Below the pieces are notes generated by a model. That model was not told the DNA's origin and ran no database searches. It worked only from the letters and a program-made list of their open reading frames with translations. 64,000 nucleotides of DNA from a virus, in IMG/VR virus record IMGVR_UViG_3300037424_000830, positions 1-64,000 of that record. The stretch is one strand, 5' to 3'. The position numbers were made by a program, and so were the translations under genes. Below, one piece after another: positions 54,514 to 59,984 of this stretch. The stretch's first letter is position 1, and every line of letters begins with the position of its first letter.

Positions 54514-54714
54514 TCAGATGTCCCACCCTTGTTCACGTTTGGTTGCACAAGAGTCGCAGTAAGCGTAGTCAGGCATGATCTTCACCATGCGACCACAACC
54601 CTGACATTTCTTGCGTACACTGTTGCGCTGGACGTGACGATAGAACTCGACGTCCTCCTCGTCCTGCATGTCCCAGTGTCCGAAGTTGTCATCGTAGTAA
54701 GATCTTGGACTCAT
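54514..54714 (-). CDS. Small zinc-ribbon protein
   Basis: 66 aa with YYDDNFGHW and CQGC...CDSC. GAGGAG RBS. ATGA overlap upstream. Confidence 0.5.
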   Translation of the reverse strand: MSPRSYYDDNFGHWDMQDEEDVEFYRHVQRNSVRKKCQGCGRMVKIMPDYAYCDSCATKREQGWDI

Positions 54715-54971
54715 GTTGAATACTCCTCTTCTTTGAGCGATGGGAAGTTCATTCGAGCTTCCACAAAGCGGGCTGGATTTCCAAAACGTTGGACCCACAT
54801 TACAAAACCTTCGTAATGTGGGTCTGCAACACTATTGTCTGGTACAATAGCACTATACACTTTGTAAGTGCCTTCTACCCTCTTGCACAGCACAGATAAC
54901 ACCACAAACCCTAGTGGGTTATCTACGATAGTCGGGTAGCGCCGTGCGCTATAACCGACGATTTGACTCAT
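54711..54971 (-). CDS. Hypothetical small protein
   Basis: 86 aa from ATG 54971, with an AGGAG RBS. Confidence 0.45.
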   Translation of the reverse strand: MSQIVGYSARRYPTIVDNPLGFVVLSVLCKRVEGTYKVYSAIVPDNSVADPHYEGFVMWVQRFGNPARFVEARMNFPSLKEEEYST

Positions 54972-55003
54972 TTTGCTCTCCTGTTTGGTAGTTTGGTTGG
55001 ATG

Positions 55004-55294
55004 TTAACGTTTGGTTGACCAATTCTTCTTGAGTTTGTCAGACCCTTCGGTCGCTAAGGTCTGATTGAATTCGGGTGATCTACGCCAGAATGCCATCTTA
55101 CGTTCCGCAATCACAAGCTCCTTACGTGCTTGATGTTGTTCAATGCGATCGTCAGAGTTCATCGCAATGAACTGTAAGTACAAGAAGTTTTCGAAGTGCT
55201 TCAGGTAAGCTCTCGTCGGATTGATTCTCGACATCGAACCACGGTAAGTGGAGCCTGATGCTCTTGTCTGTTCTTCGTCGTAACATATTGACAT
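55004..55294 (-). CDS. Hypothetical small protein
   Basis: 96 aa from ATG 55294; TTG 55303 is possible. Confidence 0.4.
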   Translation of the reverse strand: MSICYDEEQTRASGSTYRGSMSRINPTRAYLKHFENFLYLQFIAMNSDDRIEQHQARKELVIAERKMAFWRRSPEFNQTLATEGSDKLKKNWSTKR

Positions 55295-55309
55295 TTTTAT
55301 CAAGCCTTG

Positions 55310-55531
55310 TTATTTGATTGGTGTTGGTGTTTTGTCGTACCATACATTGTGATGCATATCCTTACGTTTTAGAACTACGAGATCCTTGAACGGATAACAT
55401 CCGATTCCTGGTTGGTTTAGGTAGGCAATTAGCACCGTTCCGTTTTCTTTATGGTTCGCGAACACTACCCCCTCTTCGCCTTGCGATGTTCGAACGTGAA
55501 GTAGAGAACCTTTCAAGAGCTGTTGAGACAT
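55310..55531 (-). CDS. Hypothetical small protein
   Basis: 73 aa from ATG 55531. First gene after promoter 55571-55604. Confidence 0.45.
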   Translation of the reverse strand: MSQQLLKGSLLHVRTSQGEEGVVFANHKENGTVLIAYLNQPGIGCYPFKDLVVLKRKDMHHNVWYDKTPTPIK

Positions 55532-55570
55532 ATTTGAATCCTCGTCCTGTGTGATCTTGTTATTATAGAT

Positions 55571-55604
55571 ATTATATAGTGTTTTTAAGGGCAAATCAAG
55601 AGTC
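55571..55604 (-). promoter_or_regulatory. Sigma70-like promoter, class I
   Basis: Minus strand reads ttGGACTCTTGATTtgcccttaaaaacactaTATAAT, with a 17-nt spacer. Confidence 0.6.
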
Positions 55605-55690
55605 CAAATAGTGGTAAGTCTTATGTAGTTCGGAACTACTTTTTTAGGAATTTCCTCTTACAAGGCAGTAATTAAGTCTTAGAACTTTTT

Positions 55691-55740
55691 ATAGGTCCTT
55701 TTTAGAGTCCTTTAGTGTCGTTTAGCGTGGTCTTAGGTTG
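55691..55740. repeat. Five 10-bp phased boxes (TTTAGNGTSS)
   Basis: ataggtcctt tttagagtcc tttagtgtcg tttagcgtgg tcttaggttg. The second box carries AGAGTCC, the core of the class I promoters. Confidence 0.75.
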
Positions 55741-55860
55741 CAATACTAGGTTACGACGCGTCCTTGACACCGAAAGCAAGTGTTAAAGATGGTAAGTAGT
55801 CAGTAGTGAGGGGTAGTATTTCTAAGGGTAAGCATTCAAAAGCGTTAAGACTTTGAGAGA

Positions 55861-55880
55861 GGACTCTAAAGGACTCTAAA
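55861..55880. repeat. Tandem 10-bp direct repeat GGACTCTAAA x2 (reverse complement of the box at 55701)
   Basis: ggactctaaa ggactctaaa. Each copy contains a GANTC site (GACTC). Confidence 0.9.
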
Positions 55881-55914
55881 GGCAGGGTTACATAGTTAAC
55901 TTGTTGATTTTATT

Positions 55915-56105
55915 AGGGAATTTACTACTTTTACTTACTTTACTTAAGTTGATGTCGAAATTGAGAGAAAGATGTTGGATCCGGAAGGCACTGTAAAGAA
56001 CTAATGTAAAAAGACTATACTTTCCTTGTACAATCCTCACCCAACATCTTTTAAGTAAAAAGACTCCCAAAATAAGTAAACTAAGTAAACAAGTAAACGG
56101 CATTC
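55915..56105. repeat. Large imperfect dyad: TTTACTT x3 | AAAGATGTTGG ... CCAACATCTTT | AAGTAAA x4
   Basis: TTTACT(T) at 55921, 55930 and 55939. The 11-bp inverted repeat sits at 55968-55978 and 56041-56051. AAGTAAA at 56053, 56074, 56083 and 56091. The symmetry centre is near 56010. Confidence 0.75.
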
Positions 56106-56338
56106 CTATTTCAGGAAGAAAATCTTAAAACCTCGAGAAAACTAGTTTATACAGCTTTATACGGTTTTCGGTGGAAACTGAGGGCCCAGTCCACCAACCC
56201 ACCATGCCGAAAATTCTGAACTATCAAAAGATTTTTAGGTCATAAACCTGATGCATGTGGCGGGGTAATGGATAGCAGTAACGACGTCGGTCCTCTTGAA
56301 GGTCAACTAAAGCCGTATTGGACTAGAGGTTAACCTAG

Positions 56339-56575
56339 TCAGCGATCGATTATTACGGTAGCTGACTCACCAATTGCGTTGTATAGCTCGAACTTCACCT
56401 CCTGTAATGTTATAACGGAAGACTTTAAGAACCAATCTGAACGAGTCGGATCAGGGATCATAGGGAGAACTGCACGAGCACCCCTAAACCAAGCAGATAG
56501 TTCAGGTCGACTAGGTGTTGGCATTGGCTTAGTAAGAGTCGGGTCTAGGTTCTTAGTAAGGGCTACAACGGGCAT
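56339..56575 (-). CDS. Hypothetical small protein
   Basis: 78 aa from ATG 56575, with GGAGG 6 nt upstream. Confidence 0.45.
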   Translation of the reverse strand: MPVVALTKNLDPTLTKPMPTPSRPELSAWFRGARAVLPMIPDPTRSDWFLKSSVITLQEVKFELYNAIGESATVIIDR

Positions 56576-56596
56576 CTTATCCTCCAATTGAACCTT

Positions 56597-56626
56597 ATTA
56601 TACTACAAAGGTCATTAGTCAATCAA
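56597..56626 (-). promoter_or_regulatory. Sigma70-like promoter (class I variant, no GANTC)
   Basis: Minus strand reads tttGACATCTTGATTgactaatgacctttgtagTATAAT, with an 18-nt spacer. Confidence 0.45.
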
Positions 56627-56655
56627 GATGTCAAATAATGTGCGGTCAAGTCATT

Positions 56656-56754
56656 GGTTGACTAATTTGGGATATGGAATATGAGTGCGTCCCCGTCATT
56701 AGTAACCTAAAACTGACTGGTCAAACGGCGGCCCCCCGTAGTCGGGCCTAGAAG
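56656..56754. repeat. Intergenic module copy A (GGTTGACTAATT ... AACCTAAA ... CTAGAAG)
   Basis: Same 99-nt length and same anchor spacing (36 nt and 44 nt) as copy B at 58779-58877. The GC-rich half is about 70 percent identical after gapping. Confidence 0.7.
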
Positions 56755-56757
56755 CAT

Positions 56758-56784
56758 AAAAAAGGAGACCCACTAAGGGTCTCC
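56758..56784 (-). terminator. Rho-independent terminator
   Basis: Minus strand reads GGAGACCCttagtGGGTCTCC followed by TTTTTT. Lies downstream of stop 56805. Confidence 0.75.
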
Positions 56785-56804
56785 AGTCGCACCACCACAG
56801 GTGT

Positions 56805-57050
56805 TCAGTGATCGGAATTCAAAAGGGCTCTGGCTGCCGCGCGTTCAGCAGCGATTAGACGTTTCTGTGGTGTGACTAACACTTTACGCACATGTTGGTA
56901 ACGAATGTCAAGGAATCTCGCAATAGCGGCTCGCGCATAGCCTTTAGAGTCGAGGTAACGAATGATCTGACTCTTGTTCTTGGCGTCAGCTTGAGCCAAC
57001 TGTTCAAGCGTAAGGTCCACTTCTTGCTTCTTGTCCTTCTCAGGTGTCAT
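56805..57050 (-). CDS. HTH protein, paralog 1 of 3
   Basis: SQIIRYLDSKGYARAAIARFLDIRYQHVRKVL. The same motif occurs in the genes at 57960 and 59204. Confidence 0.55.
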   Translation of the reverse strand: MTPEKDKKQEVDLTLEQLAQADAKNKSQIIRYLDSKGYARAAIARFLDIRYQHVRKVLVTPQKRLIAAERAAARALLNSDH

Positions 57051-57307
57051 GTTGGTGTTTCACCTCCTTCTTCGATCTTACGTTCAGGGAAACAGTAGTT
57101 AAACCAAGCGGTAGCAGGAAAGCCTTGGACACCAGCTAACGAAGCGAAAGCTTGAAACCTCTGAAGCGTCATTTCAGGGAGTTTCCTGAATTCTTCAGTG
57201 ATCTCGTCGAATTTCGGCTGACCCATATATTCGACAGTGTCAGCGATCGCTTTGTCAAGTTTGGCTTGTCCAGTAAGGTTTGAGTAGTCCACAGTATAGT
57301 GTGTCAT
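57047..57307 (-). CDS. Hypothetical small protein
   Basis: 86 aa. ATGA overlaps on both sides. Confidence 0.45.
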   Translation of the reverse strand: MTHYTVDYSNLTGQAKLDKAIADTVEYMGQPKFDEITEEFRKLPEMTLQRFQAFASLAGVQGFPATAWFNYCFPERKIEEGGETPT

Positions 57308-57489
57308 GTGAAGTCAACTCCTTGAATCAAGGGTTCGTCTGAACAGAGAAGAAGCGTTGTCAAGATCTCGTGTCGATTCGTACACTCACGATCTTCAAGG
57401 TCGTAAGAGTAAACCTCAGTCTTCAAGACCCACCCATCTCTTGTTTCGGTCTTGTGGATTTCGACATACACTCTTGTTTTCTTGGACAT
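57304..57489 (-). CDS. Hypothetical small protein
   Basis: 61 aa with a CAACCA-rich leader. Confidence 0.4.
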   Translation of the reverse strand: MSKKTRVYVEIHKTETRDGWVLKTEVYSYDLEDRECTNRHEILTTLLLCSDEPLIQGVDFT

Positions 57490-57521
57490 TTATGTTTCCT
57501 GTGGTTGGTTGTTGGATGAGT

Positions 57522-57549
57522 GGGTACGGTCTTTTAATCGACCGTACCC
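57522..57549 (-). terminator. Stem-loop without a U-tract (RNA stability or processing element, or a weak terminator)
   Basis: gggtacggtc / gaccgtaccc, 10-bp perfect stem with an 8-nt loop. Lies between stop 57560 and the next gene. Confidence 0.35.
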
Positions 57550-57559
57550 GTTGTTGTAA

Positions 57560-57784
57560 TTACTTGGCTGCGGCGAGCAGCTTGATCAAGTCGGTAGCCG
57601 AGAGCTTGTCGATGTAGGCTTTCTCGAGCTGCTCCCGCGTCATCAACTTAATCGCTTGCGTAATGGAAGTCTGGGTCGCTACCGGTAAGTCGGTGAACTT
57701 GACCTTCTTCGCGTCCGCCAGTGAAGAGTAAGACACGAGAAGGATCGCGACGATCGAAGCGATTGCAAAACGGTTCTTGGGCAT
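57560..57784 (-). CDS. Small secreted or membrane-anchored protein (signal-peptide-like N-terminus)
   Basis: MPKNRFAIASIVAILLVSYSSLADA followed by a hydrophilic domain. AGGAGATTATT before ATG 57784. Confidence 0.5.
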   Translation of the reverse strand: MPKNRFAIASIVAILLVSYSSLADAKKVKFTDLPVATQTSITQAIKLMTREQLEKAYIDKLSATDLIKLLAAAK

Positions 57785-57959
57785 AATAATCTCCTGTTGG
57801 TTGATGTTGGTTGTAGACAAGTACGGTCGACTAGAGATCGCGATCGTACTCTGTTGTTGTAAGTTACATGTTACGAACCGAATCGATTACACGTAACAGA
57901 GCGATGAATGACGAGAACGTCAAGAACACTCCGAACATGAACCATCGGATCATCGTTCG

Positions 57960-58331
57960 TTACGAAGCCTTCGACTTCGACGAAGCGATCTGAGTCAACA
58001 CGTTCCGGACGTGCTGATAGCGAACCAGCTTACCGTACTGAGCGGTAAGATGCTTCGAGATCTCAGCACGCTTGTGGCCGAGCGAATCCAGGTACTTGAT
58101 CTGAGAACTCTTGGTCATGAGCTTCAGCTCGTTCATCTCCTTCAGAGTCGGGAGACTGGTCTTCGGCGCTTCGGTCGGAACCGGAGTCGTAACCTCGATC
58201 ACCGAGTTCGGCTCGAGAGTCTGCTCCAGGTTGTTCGATTCGAGAACGGTCGGTTCCACTTCTGTCTGCGGTTCAACGATCGCGACCGCAGCGTTCTGGT
58301 TGGACTTGTGATTCTTGTGAGCACGTGACAT
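57960..58331 (-). CDS. HTH protein, paralog 2 of 3
   Basis: SQIKYLDSLGHKRAEISKHLTAQYGKLVRYQHVRNVL. Its initiation region AGGAGAATACTATGTC is identical to that of the gene at 59497. Confidence 0.55.
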   Translation of the reverse strand: MSRAHKNHKSNQNAAVAIVEPQTEVEPTVLESNNLEQTLEPNSVIEVTTPVPTEAPKTSLPTLKEMNELKLMTKSSQIKYLDSLGHKRAEISKHLTAQYGKLVRYQHVRNVLTQIASSKSKAS

Positions 58332-58436
58332 AGTATTCTCCTGTTGGTTGGTTCAAACTCGATCGTTATTGATCTCGTCAGCTACCGCATTACGGTAGGA
58401 GCGTCTCACGACGCTTTCGATCTCTCGATCTCGATC

Positions 58437-58655
58437 TTAGCTGGTCGGTTGCGTTGGTTGTTCTCTACCAGCTTGATCGACCACTTTGAGCTGTTCGATC
58501 GTACTTGTAACGAGCAGCGCGATCTCATTCCAATGTTCTTCGGTTGGATCACCAATGACCGCGAACGTTCCTTTGTATTCGTTCACAGCTCGATCACAAA
58601 TCGTATCGTACACATCGTTCGCGATCTTGTAGATCAGGTTGTTAAGATCTCTCAT
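58437..58655 (-). CDS. Small acidic protein, paralog of 58937-59137
   Basis: LIYKIANDVYDTICDRAVNEYK...VIGDPTEEHWNEIALLVT compares with LIHKIAINTYDTICEQVVQEYK...IIGDPTEEHWDEIAIIVT. Confidence 0.55.
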   Translation of the reverse strand: MRDLNNLIYKIANDVYDTICDRAVNEYKGTFAVIGDPTEEHWNEIALLVTSTIEQLKVVDQAGREQPTQPTS

Positions 58656-58725
58656 TGTAAGTTCCTTTGGTTGAACGGTTAAGTTATGTAACTAGTAACG
58701 TACTGTTCTTATTTTTATTATAGTA

Positions 58726-58754
58726 ATTATAGCTCAATTTTTAAGGACCCTCAA
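58726..58754 (-). promoter_or_regulatory. Sigma70-like promoter, class II
   Basis: Minus strand reads gagTTGAGGgtccttaaaaattgagcTATAAT, with a 17-nt spacer. Confidence 0.55.
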
Positions 58755-58778
58755 CTCTCAAAATTACGGTCTCTTTGC

Positions 58779-58877
58779 GGTTGACTAATTCGATCCGGTA
58801 AGTCCTTCGCAGTCGGTCGTCCAAACAACCTAAACGGACTGACTCAAACCGGTCCGGCCCGTCTCGGCCCCTAGAAG
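58779..58877. repeat. Intergenic module copy B
   Basis: GGTTGACTAATT at 58779-58790, AACCTAAA at 58827-58834 and CTAGAAG at 58871-58877. The spacing is identical to copy A. Confidence 0.7.
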
Positions 58878-58917
58878 AAAAGAGATCAGCTAGTACATTA
58901 GTGGTACTAGCTGATCT
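58874..58917 (-). terminator. Rho-independent terminator
   Basis: 14-bp perfect stem agatcagctagtac / gtactagctgatct. On the minus strand it is followed by CTTTTCTTC. Lies downstream of stop 58937. Confidence 0.7.
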
Positions 58918-58936
58918 GATCTTCGATCAGAGATAA

Positions 58937-59137
58937 CTAGTTACGGTAACCTCTGTTAACTCTATCGAGTTTAGTAACTACCCACGTAACTATGATCGCG
59001 ATCTCATCCCAGTGTTCCTCAGTGGGATCGCCAATGATCGCATTCACACATTTGTACTCTTGTACGACTTGTTCACAGATCGTATCGTAAGTATTGATCG
59101 CGATCTTGTGTATGAGTTCTTCACGCTTGTTGGTCAT
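58937..59137 (-). CDS. Small acidic protein, paralog of 58437-58655
   Basis: 66 aa from ATG 59137. See the paralog alignment under 58437-58655. Confidence 0.55.
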   Translation of the reverse strand: MTNKREELIHKIAINTYDTICEQVVQEYKCVNAIIGDPTEEHWDEIAIIVTWVVTKLDRVNRGYRN

Positions 59138-59203
59138 AGTGGTTTCCTTAGTTGGTTGGTAGAGGAGTGTGAGAGATCGATCTCTCACACTCGTTGTTGT
59201 TAC

Positions 59204-59497
59204 TTATTTCAATCCATCGATCGATGGTGCGCTATTTGGATCGATCATCGATTCGATCTTAGCGGTTGTGATAACGATCGTTGGTTGTTCGATCGCTTTC
59301 TTCGGTACTCTCAACAACTCGTTACGAACGTGTTGGTAGATAATGTTGAGATGTTTCGCGATCTCAGATCTGGTGAATCCTTTCGAATCGAGATACCTGA
59401 TCTGAGATACTTTCGTTACGAGACCCGCTTCGATCATCTGAGAGATGGTTGGAAGAGAGTTGGTCGTTGTGGTGGTTGAAGCGATAATCGTAGACAT
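59204..59497 (-). CDS. HTH protein, paralog 3 of 3 (first leftward early gene)
   Basis: SQIRYLDSKGFTRSEIAKHLNIIYQHVRNELL. AGGAGAATACT before ATG 59497. Confidence 0.55.
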   Translation of the reverse strand: MSTIIASTTTTTNSLPTISQMIEAGLVTKVSQIRYLDSKGFTRSEIAKHLNIIYQHVRNELLRVPKKAIEQPTIVITTAKIESMIDPNSAPSIDGLK

Positions 59498-59588
59498 AGT
59501 ATTCTCCTTTCGAGAGAGAGTTGTGGTTGGTTGGTACTTTATATTTAGTTTCTTATTTAATTTCTTATTTATTATTTATTATGAGTTA

Positions 59589-59617
59589 ATTATATATTAA
59601 ATTTATATGTGTCTCAA
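59589..59617 (-). promoter_or_regulatory. Leftward early promoter TTGAGA-N17-TATAAT
   Basis: -35 at 59612-59617 (plus strand tctcaa) and -10 at 59589-59594 (plus strand attata). It lies in the AT-rich divergent region. Confidence 0.5.
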
Positions 59618-59835
59618 TAAGCAAATTTATATTCCTAGAGAAATCTTTAGAAAAGAATATAATACTATTAGATATCTTTATATTACTATTTCAATAATTT
59701 TCTAGTACGGAATTACTAGCGATAGGAATTTATAGCACTCAGACCCTACTATTTCCTAAAATTTTTTGCAAAACCTGTTGACACCCTGTAAGCACTGAAT
59801 ATTTTCCTAAAAAAATTTCTGGTACAACCTTTAGG

Positions 59836-59856
59836 CACCTAACACCTAACACCTAA
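59836..59856. repeat. (CACCTAA)3 heptamer repeat
   Basis: Three perfect copies. TAA is placed in three successive frames. Confidence 0.9.
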
Positions 59857-59920
59857 CACTAGCTTTTAGTGTTCAGGACGCATCATCTAAAATTTTTAGT
59901 GGTCAGCCCTACTATTCCTA

Positions 59921-59949
59921 TTGATATGCCTTGTAAGATACTGTATAAT
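59921..59949 (+). promoter_or_regulatory. Rightward promoter TTGATA-N17-TATAAT upstream of the packaging genes
   Basis: TTGATA at 59921-59926 and TATAAT at 59944-59949, about 36 nt upstream of ATG 59985. Confidence 0.6.
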
Positions 59950-59984
59950 ATTGAGAAACCAGACCGAGTTAATCGAGGTTTCGT

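Noticed and set aside
55888-56103. 71-aa minus-strand ORF in the large non-coding region
   Set aside because: It spans the TTTACTT/AAGTAAA dyad. It has no RBS and gives a Leu/Phe/Lys-rich translation that reflects AT-rich repeats. It is more likely non-coding.
56659-56754. Plus-strand 31-codon open frames conserved in both intergenic modules (56662-56754 and 58785-58877) as possible micro-proteins
   Set aside because: Only copy A has an ATG (56674), and neither has an RBS. The peptides are only loosely similar. I keep this as a note under the module finding rather than as a CDS.
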